Source of the DNA: Octopus vulgaris
Taxonomy: Eukaryota
Assembly (NCBI GenBank): GCA_951406725.2
Contig: OX597815.1
Location: 74,524,001 to 74,588,000 of the forward strand
Direction of reading: 5' to 3'
Length of the DNA stretch: 64,000 nucleotides
Part shown: piece by piece, positions 1 to 14,125 of the stretch
How positions within the stretch are numbered: position 1 is the stretch's first letter
Layout of the letters: every line of letters begins with the position of its first letter
Position numbers and translations under genes: made by a program
Notes under the pieces: generated by a model
What the model saw: the letters and a program-made list of their open reading frames with translations, nothing else
What the model was told of the DNA's origin: nothing
Databases searched by the model: none

Positions 1-599
1 GGGTCACAGTAGAAAACACTTGCCTATGGTTCCATGCAGTAGGACTGAAACTGAGACCACATGGCTAGAAAGCAAGGTTCTCCCACTACACATTCACACA
101 TTTGCCCACAAACAAATGTAGTATTACTTAAAAATCTCTTTCATACTATACATCTGCCTCCAAACTGAAAACAAATTAGGTGGCTAAAGTATTATAAACT
201 ACATTCAGAAAACGACCAGAGAAAGCTATGTTGCATTAATAATAGAATAAGTCTACGTCATGAACTAACACAGAATTTTTGATAATTTATTTGGCAAATT
301 TACATCAGTAATGAATATTGGCTTTCATAATGAACATTATCGGTTAATAAAGGAGATTCTTTTTTGAATAGAAACAATTATCACAAGCATTTGTTTATTG
401 GATATATGTTTTACTATTTGCAATAGCATAAAACAATATATATACATATTTCATGTTATTATACACATGCACTAATATACATTTAAATATGTATATAAAT
501 GAGAGAGAAGTAACTATAACCTGTGGGAATACCCTCCCCATCTGCATTTTTCTTATAGGTATTGATGTACTGATGTTCAATAAGAAAACCAATTCCATT

Positions 600-1230
600 A
601 ATCTTATCAGTTCTAGCGCCTTATTGAACCTTAGGGTACATTAGAGTTGACAGAATAAGGGTTGTTAGTGTAAGCTTTAGTGGAGTGATTTTGAAAAGAA
701 ACATATGGAGTGCATAGGCCAATAATTTTACTAGAAGGTTCTCATGCCAGATATGGTCAAAGGCTTTGTTTAATGTCAAGTGCAATGATATTGCTTTTAC
801 TGGGATTTTCAAAGATGAGTATTTACTGATTCAAGACAAACAGGAGAGCAAGGTTTACAGTGAATGTGAATGGTCATTACTGAGGAATGCATGGAGAAAG
901 GTAGTGAGAGAGAGACTGAAATGATAATGAAAGATTCTGCTGATGACTTTGAGATGAGGTGAGGACTGTAGGTTCACAACAGACAGGATGAGAGACCCTA
1001 TGAGAATGGGACATACAATTGTAGGTTTCCATAGAACACTATATAGAAAGAAAGATTGAAGAGTTTGGCAAGGAATAGAAATAAGTGCTGGACTGTATAC
1101 TTTTAGTAGAAAAATTGGGCTTCATCTTATTACTGTAATTCTTCAGGTAAGATATACACAAACTGCCATACAGAAAGAACACCATACCAAATACAGTAAG
1201 GGATTTTGTGGCCTTACTCAGGAAGGGTTT
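600..1230 (-). mobile_element. Degenerate Jockey/CR1-type LINE RT fragment
   Basis: AISLHLTLNKAFDHIWHENLLVKLLAYAL resembles the ALDISKAFD.VWH..LL.KL RT motif; many stops. Confidence 0.55.
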
Positions 1231-1815
1231 TCAAGCCAATCAAAATATTATATAATTAAAAATATTGTTAAAATTAGCAACAATTGCATAAGAAATGCTG
1301 GCAATATAATTGGAAGCTCTGAAGATTAGTGAGAACAACATCGAAGAAACCTAATGTAATTACAAATTAAGAAAAGGTCTCCCTTTAAAACCCTTTTGAT
1401 ATCACCCTGTCTGAGACTATCCCTTATTTTATGATACAAACTACCTGTTTCAAAGTGATTTAAATTAAAACTTTATGCTAATTTATGTTTCAAACTCCAT
1501 ATTGGTAATGCCAAAATTATTTTGCTAAATTCTTTGTTATTTTAAAATATAAGTTGATATAATATAATGTCTAAAAGTTGATGAACCACCTATTGATCCC
1601 CTCCATTTTCTCATTGCTCTCTTATTGCTTAGTTGGTTGGATTCACAACCTCTTTCTTGGAATTAAAATATAATTTAAATTTTGAATTTTATATATTTTG
1701 TATATTATATTAATTAATTTTATTTCTATGTATTGGCTTATGTTTTCACTGTTTGATTTGCCTAATAGTGGTTTTATCTCTAATTTAATATATGGAATTA
1801 AAATATATATATGTA

Positions 1816-1913
<98 letters not shown>

Positions 1914-3058
1914 TTATAGGCTCTTGTACAGTTTCTTTCTTCCGAATGTCACTCATAAGGCATTGGTCAACCCAAGGATACATTAGCAGATACTTGCCCA
2001 TAGTGTCACAAAGTGAAATTGAACTCAAAACCTTGCGGTTATGAGTGAATTTTTTAAGAATGCAGCCAAACCCATGACTGCAGCCCCATACTTGGACCTG
2101 TGATAATATCTGCACCTATAGTGATGCTTATGCTTACAGACATTATAATTAGATTAAGAAAACACTATAAGATCTGCATAGCTGTATAGCTGTAAAACAT
2201 ATCTTGAATATCATGATAGATTATTTTGATGTATTAAAAAACAAAAAAATTAAAATCATATTGAAACGTTGACACGGAAAAGACAGCCATAATTTGGTGA
2301 AAGACAAGACATAATTTGAGAAGAACACTAAATGCTATCGAACGCTAAACACTAATATCTTGATGGAGCATTTTGATATATTAACGAAAAAATAAAATAA
2401 AATCATACTGAAATGCTGACTAGAAAAATTCTACGCAGTGAAATTATAGCAATAAGATGAAAGCCAACTGAACTACTAGATGTTATGCAGTACTCACCTA
2501 TAAAGCTAAATCTCATAATGGAATCCATAACTGATTTATATTAAAAAAAAAAACCTTCTTGATTACAATACAATCTGAAGAATGTCTGGTCAGTGCCAAA
2601 TGTTTAGATTTAGCCACTATAATATTCAGCTTTAATAAACAAAAGTATATGTAGACGTGGTTGTGTGGCTAAGAATCTTTTGCTTTCCAACTACATGGTT
2701 TTAGGTTCAGTCTCACCTTGGGCAAGTGTCTTCTACTATAGCCCTGGTCTAACCAAAGCCTTGTAAGTGGATTTGGTAGATGGAGACTGAAAGAAGTGTG
2801 TGTGCTGATATATCATCATTATTGTTTTAATGTCCACTTTTCCATGCTTGCATGGTTCAGATGGAATTTGTCAAGATGGATTTTCTATAGTCAGATGTCC
2901 TTCCTACTGCCAATCCTCACCTGTTTCCAAGTGAGGTAATATTTCCTCATGACCACATATTTTCACAGAAGATCGGAAATGAAGGCCATCACTTTCATGA
3001 CAATGATGCTTGGTTACAACTATCACATGATGTCAAGGCTAAGAAAGTAACACACATA

Positions 3059-3757
3059 TAAAGGGTGCTATGAGTAAATTGTCACCATTTCATATTTTTA
3101 ATTTCGTGAATGTACATTGCTTGTTTTGATTGTCGACTACACAGTATAGTAGGGTCAGTTGGGCACTATCTTTGAGAACAGCACCATGACGCAATTCACT
3201 GTACCAGAAATTTGGAAATGACATGCTGTATTGCTTGGCATTTGTGCCAGTAGCTCCAATACAAACATTTCAGAGTGTTCGGGTGTCAGTCTGAAGACAT
3301 GCACCAAGAGTGATAAAAATCAAACATTCGACCAACATCATGATGTTTGGAGTGTTTACTAGTGATGGTGCTATTATGCCTCCCTTTATCTTCCCACACA
3401 GCCTCAGATTCAACATGGAGGCCTACATCAAATGCCTGGAGGAGATAGTGCTGCCCTGAGTCAAGAGGGTGGCTGCTGGAAGACTCTATGTCTGGCAACA
3501 GGACTCTGCACCATGCCACACAAGGAAAACCCAGTCATGGCTGTCAGACAATTTCTGTGACCACATCACTCCTAACATCTGGCCATTTAACTCCCCAGAC
3601 TGCAACCCCCTTGATTATTATGTGTTGGATGCAGTTGAGTGAGAAACCAACAAAAGTCCTTGTAACACACCAAAGATGAACTGATGGCAAGGAATATGGC
3701 AGCATTCACAAACTTAAACAAGGAGACCATCCAAAAGAGTTGCAGGAGATTCCAAAA
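3059..3757 (+). mobile_element. Internally deleted Tc1/mariner-superfamily (maT-like) transposon
   Basis: Translates to IMMFGVFTSDG..MPPFIFP..WQQDSAPCHT..WPFNSPDCNPLDYYV; related copies at 49953-50275 and 46020-46330. Confidence 0.75.
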
Positions 3758-4365
3758 TTTCAGGCCTTGTGCCCATAGTAGAAAGGATTATTTAAGGCAA
3801 TGAACTGACAGAATACCAAGTGGTATTTCTTGCAACTCTTTACATTCTGAGTTCAAATGCTGGTGAGATCAATTTTGCCTTTCATCTTTATGGGGTTGAT
3901 AAAATAAGTATCAGTCAAGTACTGGAGCTGGTGTAATCGACTTTCCCCTACCCTCAAAATTGCTGGCCTTGTACCAAAATTAAAAATAATAATAATAATA
4001 ACCCTTTCTATGATAGGCACAAAGCCTGAAATTTGGAGGGTGGGGATTAGTCAATTACATCGAGCCCAATGTTCATCTGGTGCTTATTTTCTTGAAAGAT
4101 GGAAGGCAAAGTTGATTTTGGCAGAATTTGAACTCAGAACATAAAGACAGCTGAAATGTCCAGCATGTTAACAATTCTGCCAGTTTACTGCCTTAATAAT
4201 AATAATAATAATAATAACCCTTTCTACTATGGGTACAAGGTCTGAAATTTAGTGGGGGGGGGAATAAGTTGATTACATTGATCCCAGTGCGTAACTGGTT
4301 CTTATTTCATTGATCCCGAAAGGATGAAAGGCAAAGTCGACCTTGGCAGAATTTGAACTAAGAAC

Positions 4366-5598
4366 ATCATCATCATCATCATTTAACGTCCGCTTTCCAT
4401 GCTAGCATGGGTTGGACGGTTCAACTGGGGTCTGGGGAGCCCGAAGGCTGCACCAGGCCAGTCAGATCTGGCAGTGTTTCTACAGCTGGATGCCCTTCCT
4501 AACGCCAACCACTCCAAGAGTGTAGTGGGTGATTTTATGTGCCACCGACACAGGTGCCAGACGAGGCTGGCGAACGTCCACGCTCGGATGGTGTTTTTTA
4601 TGTGCCACCGACACAGGTGCCAGACGAGGCTGGCAGACGGCCACGCTCGGATGGTGTTTTTATGTGCCACCGACACAGGTGCCAGATGAGGCTGGCGAAC
4701 GGCCACGATCGGATGGTGTTTGTTACGTGCCCACAGCACGGAGGCCAGTCAATGCGGTACTGGCTACGGCCACGTTCGGATGGTTTTCTTGTGTGCCACC
4801 GGCACTGGTACCACAAAGATACAAATTCCATTGATGTTCATCTATTTTGATTTGTTTTGGTTTTCACTTGCCTCAACAGGTCTTCACAAGTGTCACAAGA
4901 AGGAAGGTATGCACAGGTGGACTAACTACGTCCCAGGTAGGGGCCACGGGTTATGGCCTGACTAGTCTTGCCGGGTCTTCAGAAGGTGTTTTTATGTGCC
5001 ACCGACACAGGTGCCTAGTCTTGCCGGGTCTTCGGATGGTGTTTTTATGTGCCACCGACACAGGTGCCAGATGAGGCTGGCGAACGGCCACGATCTGATG
5101 GTGTTTGTTATGTGCCCACAGCACGGAGGCCAGTCGATGCGGTACTAGCTACGGCCACATTCGGATGGTTTTCTTGTGTGCCACCGGCACTGGTACCACA
5201 AAGATACAAATTCCATTGATGTTCATCTATTCTGATTTGTTTTGATTTTCACTTGCCTCAACAGGTCATCACAAGTGTCACAAGAAGGAAGGTATGCACA
5301 GGTGGACTGACTACGTCCCAGGTAGGGGCCACGGGTTATGGCCTGACTAGTCTTGCCGGGTCTTCGGATGGTGTTTTTATGTGCCACCGACACAGGTGCC
5401 AGATGAGGCTGGCGAACGGCCATGATCGGATGGTGTTTGTTACGTGCCCACAGCACGGAGGCCAGTCGATGCGGCACTGGCTACGGCCACGTTCGGATGG
5501 TTTTCTTGTGTGCCACCGGCACTGGTACCACAAAGATACAAATTCCATTGATGTTCATCTATTTTGATTTGTTTTGATTTGATTTGATTTGATTTTGC
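4366..5598 (-). repeat. RTE 3'-end-derived element with nested tandem expansions
   Basis: (CAT)n-TTTAACGTCCGCTTTCCATGC RTE tail; ~62-bp units gtgccaccgacacaggtgccaga.gaggctggcgaacggccacg..cggatggtgtttt; larger ~330-390-bp near-identical blocks repeated about three times. Confidence 0.85.
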
Positions 5599-5609
5599 AG
5601 AATAATAAT

Positions 5610-5936
5610 AACAAGAGCACTCAGAGAGCGCAAACTTCCACCAAGGCAACATGTCCTCTCACCGATTAGCCTGAGGTGATTTTTAAAATGAGAATATCTG
5701 AAATTACTCGACTGCTCTCAAAAATTAAGTAAAAACAAAAAGGAAAAATAATCCAGAGTCCTTGTCTGGTACCGGATAGAACCCAAAATCTAATCAGTTC
5801 ATGCCAGTCATGAGGCCACACATCTCTGAAAGTTTCATCCGAATCCATCCAGCAGTCCTTGAGATATCTTGCCCATAAACAAACAAACAAACGTGACTGA
5901 AAACAATACCTCTGCCTTCGCTAAGGCAGAAGTAAT
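5610..5936 (-). mobile_element. Helentron-associated non-autonomous element (HINE/DINE-1-like)
   Basis: Minus strand: TTATTACTTCTGCCTT..AAGGCAGAGGTATTGTTTTC, (GTTT)n, GGATGGATTCGGATGAAACTTT, ending CTTGGTGGAAGTTTGCGCTCTCTGAGTGCTCTTGTT (subterminal IR plus 3' stem-loop). Confidence 0.65.
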
Positions 5937-6934
5937 AATAATAAAATGATGATGATAATAAGAGTAATTATTATTAGTAGTATATAAGGTGGTGAGCTAG
6001 CAGAAGTGTTAGCACACTGGACAAAATGCTTAGCAGCATTTGAATGTTCTGAGTTCAAATGCCACCAGGGTCGACTTTGCCTTTCATCCTTTGGGGGTGA
6101 AGGTGGAGAGGTTAATGAAATAAGCACCAGTTGAGCACTGTGTTCCAATGTAATTGACTATACTCCTACCCACAAAATTTCAGGTGTTGTTCCTATAGTA
6201 GAAAGGTTATTATTATCATTATTAATATAGAGAATTATATTTAGATACAAAAGTTACATTTTTTAAATTACATTGCTTCACCTTATATATTGTGTTCAAC
6301 TTTCTCTGGACCTAATTCAACTGAAACTCTTTATAGCTCAATATTTATTTATACATCCCATTCCAGCAAAGCTTAGTGTGACAGTAATGGTGTTTGGACA
6401 AGATATTATTATAACAACCAGTCGACTGCTGTCACAAAACCTAAATAAATACCTGCTTGGCCAGTTGATTTAGCCTATGCCAACAAGAAAACTATAATAC
6501 TGTCTTCTAAACAAAACAAACTATTTCAAGGATGATTTTGAACATAATAACATGGGAGGTCTAAATTATAGGTGTATGTGTGTGTGTGTGTGTGTATGTG
6601 TGTGTAAAGGCGGCAAGCTGGCGGAATTATTTGCACATCAAGCAAAATGCTTAGTGGCATTTCTTCCAGCTCTTTACATTCTGAGTTTAAATTCTGCCAA
6701 GGTCAACTTCACCATTTATTCCTTCAAGGTCGATAAAATAAAGTACTAGTGAAGTACTGGAGTTGGGGCAATTGACTTGTCCCCTTCCTCAGGGCTTAAA
6801 AACTAAAATGTGTGTATTACACACACACACACACACACATGAAGTAACACTGTTTTTAAGCCAAATATTAAACATAATCTTCACTTCCTTCAAATGAACT
6901 AAAACACCCAAATAAGGAAATAATAATAATAATA

Positions 6935-7645
6935 ATGATCCTTTCTACTATAGGCACAAGGCCTGAAATTTGGGGGAGGGGGTAAGTCAATTACATCAAC
7001 CCCAATACTCAACTTGAAAGGTTAAGTTGACCTTGGCGGAATTTGAACTTGGAACGTACAGCTGGATGAAGTGCTGCTAAGCATTTTTCCCAGTGTTAAC
7101 GATTCTGCCAGCTCCAAGCCTTCATAATAATAATAAATAATAATAATAATAATGTAAATATGTCAAATGTTTTGGTGCACCCTGTACATAATACTAATCC
7201 TTTCTACTATAGGCACAAGGCCCAGAACTTGTGGGGTGGGGTTGGAACTAGTCGGTTACATCAAGCCCAGTGTTTCATTGGTACTTAATTTATTGATCTG
7301 GAAAAGATGAGATGCAAAGTTGACCTCAGCAGAATTTGAATGCTGAATGTAAAAACGGACGAAATGCTGCTGAGCATTTTGTCCAACGCAGTAACAATTT
7401 TGCCAGCTTGCAGCCTTAATAATAGTAATGATTTCAAATTTTGACACAAGGCCAACAGTTTTAGGGGAGGGGATAAGTCAATTGCTTTGATACCAGTGCT
7501 CAACTTGTATTCATTTTATCAATCTCAAAAGGACAAAAGGCAAAGTCAACCATGGTGGAATTTGAACTCAGAATATGAAGAAGGATGAAATGACCCTAAT
7601 CATTTCACCCAGTGTGCTAATGATTCTGCAGCTCACTGCCATAAT
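6935..7645 (-). mobile_element. Cluster of ~220-bp tRNA-derived SINEs embedded in (AAT)n
   Basis: Repeated cctttctactataggcacaaggcctgaaattt...aaaggcaaagt.gacct.ggc.gaatttgaactcagaa...tctgccagct units; similar clusters at 3760-4365, 8230-8595 and 38240-39750. Confidence 0.8.
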
Positions 7646-10336
7646 AATAATAATGGTAATAATAATCCTGATGCAGTATCAGGCACTGGCTCTCATGGCT
7701 TCTGATCTTAACTTATTGGAAGTGTTATCATGTACATATTTTGTCTTGGTATAAAAAAAAAATGGGCAACAGCAAATATATTTGCTCAATACCACAGTTT
7801 CGCTTGTCAGTTGCTTGACCATAACCAGTTAGCATGTCCCTTAGTGGGTGACAATATGTGCATCTCTGATCACGAGCAACAGTAGTGGGGGAGCATCATA
7901 GCTGTGTGTTGAGAGGAATTCTTTGGGGTTTGAATAATTCACCTCTGGAAACATGGATGTTTTGTTCATCATCCTTAAACAATCCTCATTCATGGACCTT
8001 TTAAGCAGAATGCGCTACACAACCTGAAGAAAATTCTAACTTGGCACCACATGCAAGGTCATGCACTGTTTATCTTGATAAAAGGTCACCATGTCATGCA
8101 CATATGGTTGTGATGCATATGCCTAGTGTACCTTTATCAGATGGGTAGTCATGCTGGGTATATTGAGTTTTGTATATTTGTAACCTAATGTCACTTTGAT
8201 GGTATGCATTACTCTCTCAATAATAATAATCCTCTCTACTATAGGTACAAGGCCTGAAATCTGAGGGGAGGGTAGTAGACTGATGTAATCGGTCCAGTGT
8301 TTCACTGGTGCTTAATTTATTGACCCTGAAAGGATGAAAGGCAAAGTTGACCTTGACAGAATTTGAACTCAAAACATAGCAGCAGGTAAAACACTGCTAA
8401 GCATTTTGCCTGGTGTGCTAACAATTCTACCAATAATAATAATAATAATAATTCTTTCTACTATAGGCACAAGGCCTGGATTTTTGTGAGGAGGGGGACG
8501 ATTAACCATATTGATCCCAGTACTTGACTGGGATTTAATTTTCAACCCTGAAAGGATAAAAGGCAAAGCTGACCATGGCAGAATTTGAACTACTGATAAT
8601 AATAATAATAATATATTACTGATGTATTAACTATATGTATCTATAAAATAGTTATCATTAACTGATCTGACAAATGAATAAAACAAGTTCATAAAGGACA
8701 TATTTGGATTAATCTGTGAACACAAATACACACACACATACAAATCCTGTACATATTAACTTTAGCCCAGTCACTGGACTTTACTATTAACAAACTTTAA
8801 TTGCACACTGAGTCAGGAATTATTTGGCACAACACAACTAGCAACATTCTCTTGTAAAGGACAACTGATATTTGTCATTTAAAAAATGCTTACATCAAAT
8901 GTTTAACGCTAAATAAATGAACTTTAAAAAAACCCCAGGTAAATAGAGATGTTCTGTAAATATTTTTCAACACGAATAGCAACCAAAAAATTGGCCAGTG
9001 TAATGAAGTCAAATATTGAGTTACTACCAAGGCCTTCATTAAACCAAATGAAGCTTAATGGATTTTTTTCTAAATAAAAAAAATTAACATTAGATACAGG
9101 CATAGCTTGTGGGTAAGAAGCTTGCTTTGCAACTATATGGTTTCAGGTTCAGTCCCAATGTGCAGTACTTTGGGAAGTGTTTTCTACTACAGCCCTGGGT
9201 TGATCAATGCCTTGTGAGTGAACTTTGTAGCTGGAAACTGCATGTGTGTGTCTGTCTGTCTGTCCCCCTCCCCACTGCTTGTAAATCAGTGTTGATTTGT
9301 TTACATAGCTGTAATTTAGCATTTTGGCCAAAGGGCCCAATAGAATAAACACTAGACTTAAAAATAAATACTGGGATCAATTTGTTTGACTAAACGTTGG
9401 GAGGTGGTGGCCCCTGCATGACCATGGCCACAGTCCAATGATTGAAACAAGTACAAGATAAAAGGTAAAACAAATTTCAATGCAAATCAATAGATGACAA
9501 TTTCCTTTCACTGCTATACACTACTACTACTATGAAATTTATTGCATGTATGTGCCTGACTATGTGGGTTTCTTGTTTCAATGTGTTTTTTTTTTTCTTT
9601 TTTTTTTTTAAAGTATGTATCTTTTACTTGTTTCAGTCACTAGACTGTAGCCATGCTGGGGCACCACCTTGATGTATATGTTTTTATTATATATGCATGT
9701 GAGATGTGTGGGATTTGCAACTGTTCACATGGGTATTTTTATTTGAATAAATTGTGTGTGAATATGAGGTTCTATTTTTCAGTGTGTCCCTAGATAAACA
9801 GTTTATCACCTAACTTCTACTTGTCCTAGGCTGTTTAAAAACATGGTACAGTTAATTTTTTTCTTCAAACTGCAGTGATGTGAGTTGGTATTCAAAGTGG
9901 CATTAAGTAGGTTAGACAAATTTCTCTCTCAATAAGACATTGACCTACAGGCTTAACTTGCCATTTTTACTTCTTATTTTCTCTTTTAACCTCTTTCTTG
10001 ATCTCGTCTATTGACTGTTTCAACAACAATCACTCACACATTTTGGTAGCAACTCTTGTAAGACTGCTCTTGGTTTTACAATACAAACCTTTACATTTTA
10101 AAATGATTAAAATTAAAACCTTCCCTTGAAATTAATTATGTTCTAAACACCAACTTAATAATGATGATAAAGTTATTAGTTAGGCTTATTTCTTGAATAA
10201 AGGTAATTCCAAGTGCTTTGTTATATTAGTTAATACCAATTTATCAGCTAGATAGACTGAGACGTAGAATCTCAAGTATATTTCAATAAATTTTGAAATT
10301 AATGATAAACTCAAAAAAATAACTTTATCATCATTA

Positions 10337-10564
10337 TTAACCATTGAGCATTTAAACCGGTCATATCTGGCCAAAATATTCTATATGTTTTATGAGCAAA
10401 ATAACTAGAACTGGCCCCTTACACCTCCCCTGCAATGTCATTCTAAAAATAGATAATCACATAATTGAAATCTCAAGGCTACAAGATAATGCAGGATTAA
10501 TTCAAAATGAGGTGAATGAATAAACATTAGATTTGATAAAGTAATCTGCATGCTAAAGAGTTAA
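10337..10564. mobile_element. TTAA-flanked piggyBac-type MITE
   Basis: TTAA-CCATTGAGCAT...ATGCTAAAGAG-TTAA; same family as 15594-15815. Confidence 0.7.
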
Positions 10565-11765
10565 GCTGGTGTTTAGAACATAGATTAACATGAAATTTCA
10601 AGGGAAAGTTTTAATTTAGATCATTTTAAGATGTAAAGGTTTGTATTGTAGAACCAAGGGCAGTCTCACAAGGATTGCTATCAAAAAGAGTGAGTGGTTA
10701 TTGTTGTAGATACTTTTGTTAACTTATAGATTCATGCTATTGTGCGATACCAATGGGTGAAACAGTTGATAGACTAAATTAAGAAAGAGGAGGTCAGAAA
10801 AGAAACTAAGAAGTAAAAGCAAGACATGAAACAAAAAAGGGAAACAAGTAAAAACGATGTGCAAATGATGTAAAGCAATGAGTGATTGACTGCATATCAG
10901 TGGTTGTAGTTGGAACCACAATAACGTAAGTCAGAGGATGTAGTCAATAAGCATGAAATGGCCAGAAATAGAAGGTGAACTGGATGATAAAGTTTGACAA
11001 AGCCTAACTAATGAAACTTGAAGGCTAGATTGTATAATTGATGAGATCGTTAACAACTTACAATTCTGAGCTTGAATTTATGCCAATATCAATTTAACCT
11101 ATTATCCCAAGAGACTGATGAAAGAATTACCAGTGAGATAAAGTGATCACATCTGACATCAAGTTTGATAACCAAGTTCATTGGGGTTTTTTTTGTTTTG
11201 TTTGTATTATCTACACTAGTAATCATGCAGTATAAAAATACAGTTGAGGGAGGAACCTACATACAAACTTACAAGCAGTGTTTAAAAAGATTAAAAAAAC
11301 AGGAAAATGCACTTAATCAAAGTAAGTAGAACTACAGTGAAAACTGATAACTGATTAAGTTTTGTTGCAATAAAAAAACCCAAACATTTATTGGTATGTA
11401 CTGTAGATATTTTAGGGTTAAATTGATGATGAAGACAGGAACAACTACTACATTCCTGCTGCCACTATTGCTTTAATTTTCACTTTTCTATACTTGCACA
11501 GGCTGGATGAGATTCAGTGAAGCATATTTTCTGTGGCTATATGCTCTTCCTGTGGCCAAGCAAGATAATATTTTCCTTAGTCCTTTGAACATAAACAACA
11601 CAATGGTTGGATATAGCATGCAAAATTAACTTAAGGAGATATGAACACAAACGCACACACACATGTGCACAGGGACACACGATGGGCTTTCAATTTCCAT
11701 CTACCAAATCCACTAACAGGACTTTGGTGAGCCTAAGGCTATAGTAAAAGTCACCTGCCTAAAGT

Positions 11766-12110
11766 ATTAGCTTGTCAAGAAAGTTCTTGTGGTTTTTAAC
11801 CTTTAAATTCAGATGCATGTATCTCGGCTCAAACAAAACTTTATTAATCGAAATAAACACCATCAGAATCAACACACTTTTGCCAACATGAAACAAGTTT
11901 ACTTATGCCAGTAGCATAAAATCCTGCGTTCTAGTGGCAATGAAGTCGTTCAAGGTGTGTTTGGCATTGTCTTGGTTTTTTGAAGCTGAGTGTTGCCGGT
12001 TGTCATAAAGAATCCACTTTTCATCACAAGTCACAATCCAGTCGAGAAACAGGTTGTTCTTGTTGCATAAAAGAAGGGAAAACGACACTTCAAAATGGTG
12101 TTTTTCTAGT
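11766..12110 (-). mobile_element. Deleted mariner element
   Basis: FLDWIVTCDEKWILYDN is the first catalytic-Asp motif of mariner transposases. Confidence 0.75.
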
Positions 12111-12914
12111 TATAAACTGCTCAAAGACATAGGCGCATCCAAAAATGTATCCAAAGTAAAAGAATGTCAGTTTCAGAGACACATGCTTTGTGTTATGTAA
12201 TTCTATTACAGATTTAGTATTAAGAACTAGGTCATTAATTTATAGGAATTCCCTCTAACAGCCAGTTGTTTTAAACACCTTGTTACAGAGAAGGAGGGAG
12301 AGAGGGGGAGAGGAGAGAGAGAGAGGATGCATATAGGTGAATCTCTAACACCTTTAGATATAATGATTGATGTACACTGCATATACTAAAATGGTGGGAT
12401 TTTCTAGAGAGAGAAAGACACCATTATTAAGGAATGAATACAAAGCCTTTAATATTTTTAAATAGCAAAAGGTGCAGACATAGCAATGCAGTTAAGAAGC
12501 TTATAATTATTAATGAATTTAGTAGATAGAAACTGCTGGAAGCCAGCTGTGTGTGTGCATGCATATGCTTTGACTTCCTGATAATTAACAGTGTTGAAAT
12601 GGATGGGGTGGAGAATACCACTGTTTTGATCATTTGACAAAATGGAAAAATGTGTGCATTAGAATTGATTGCTTAAATATCTTTTATATTTCACTTGTTT
12701 CAGTCCTGGACTGTGGGCATGTCAGGGAACCATCTTGAAGGGTTTTAGTTGAAGAAGAAGAAGAAAAAAAAAAAACCAAAAACTAGCACTTATCTTTATT
12801 TTTTAAAGTCTGGAACTTATTTTATCAGTCTGTTTTCTCAAACTGCTAAGTTACGGGGATGTAAACAAGCCAACATCAATCATCAAGCAATGAAGAGGGA
12901 CAACATAGACAAAG

Positions 12915-12970
<56 letters not shown>

Positions 12971-14125
12971 AATAAAACGAATGGATATTTCAGGGTATAA
13001 CATGTGTAAGTAAGGGGTAAAGACTCTCTTTGGTCATAAATGACCATGGGATTGCACTTAGAAAGTTAACCCCCGAGGCACAAGTCTGGGCAAGGTTGTT
13101 CATGGAAGACCAGCAGTCGCACATGCATACCAGTACCCCCTCTCCACACTACTGATGTTATCCAAGGGAAAGGCAAATGTTGATACAGCTTGGCACCAGT
13201 GACATCGCAACTCATTTCTACAGCTGAGTGAAAGTGTCTTGCTCAAGAACACAACACAGAGCCCAGTCCAGGAATCGAACTCACTACCTCATGATTGTGA
13301 GCTCGATGCTCTAACCACTGAGCCATGTCAGTACAAAAAGGAAATCAATACAAAGTTATAGGTTTTGTATTGGAACCTTACACTCTGACTGACTGCAAGT
13401 GTGAAAATGCTTCAACAGCAAGCTAGAGTACAGCTCGAGTGTTGTAGGGCTGGTTTCTGTAACTAGAGTGCAGTTGCTACTGCGATTATTATGAAATGTT
13501 TTTATCTGGGTTTGCAGCACTTGTATCCAATTTATGCTATCTGTTTGGGTATTGCACGTTTTACATCACTGATACAAAAATAGCACATCATCAGCACTCA
13601 AATCATTTCAGTGAGACCAGCATTTAGGAATATGCCAGTTGCAGAGAGAACAGCAACACACCCTGTTAAATAAGAATCATGTGTACACAAATAGTTTTAA
13701 GAACTATTAATAATAATTTTTCCTTTCTCTCTCCTGGGATTTCAAACTATCATGTGATTCTGATTCTTGTAAAAAGAAAAATATAATATACAGAATTATA
13801 TTTTTTAAAAAATAGAACCATAGTTTTTATTTGTGAGAATCACAGATTTTGTAAAGAAAATGTTTAAATGGTTTGTAGTGATAGTTTCAGTATGGATATT
13901 GAATGAATTAAAAGCATAAAATTATCTCTAAACCTATTAATGATAGCTTAAACTGACTCATTTGTAAAATGATTATAGTTCATGTTTTTAGGTCAAACAG
14001 AGATAAGGGTCCTACCAAAAGATAGTGATATTACTGACATATATCTTACAATATATCCTTCTCTCTCTTTCGGAGAGGCACTGAGCAGCTATACGCACAC
14101 ATACACACACGGCAGTATATATATA

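Noticed and set aside
1315-1365. CTGAAGA...GAAAC..GTA hammerhead-like string (also 43470-43505 minus and 57281-57320)
   Set aside because: Stems I and II cannot be convincingly paired; likely chance or too decayed.
1643-2115. ORFs with YIYI/HTHT/CVCV runs (also at 26-27 kb, 47 kb, 60.6 kb and 62.2 kb)
   Set aside because: Translations of dinucleotide and trinucleotide microsatellites; no coding signal.
4530-5560. CRISPR-like regularly spaced repeats
   Set aside because: The 'spacers' are themselves repeated, the context is eukaryotic and there are no cas genes; this is a tandem expansion in a LINE 3' UTR.
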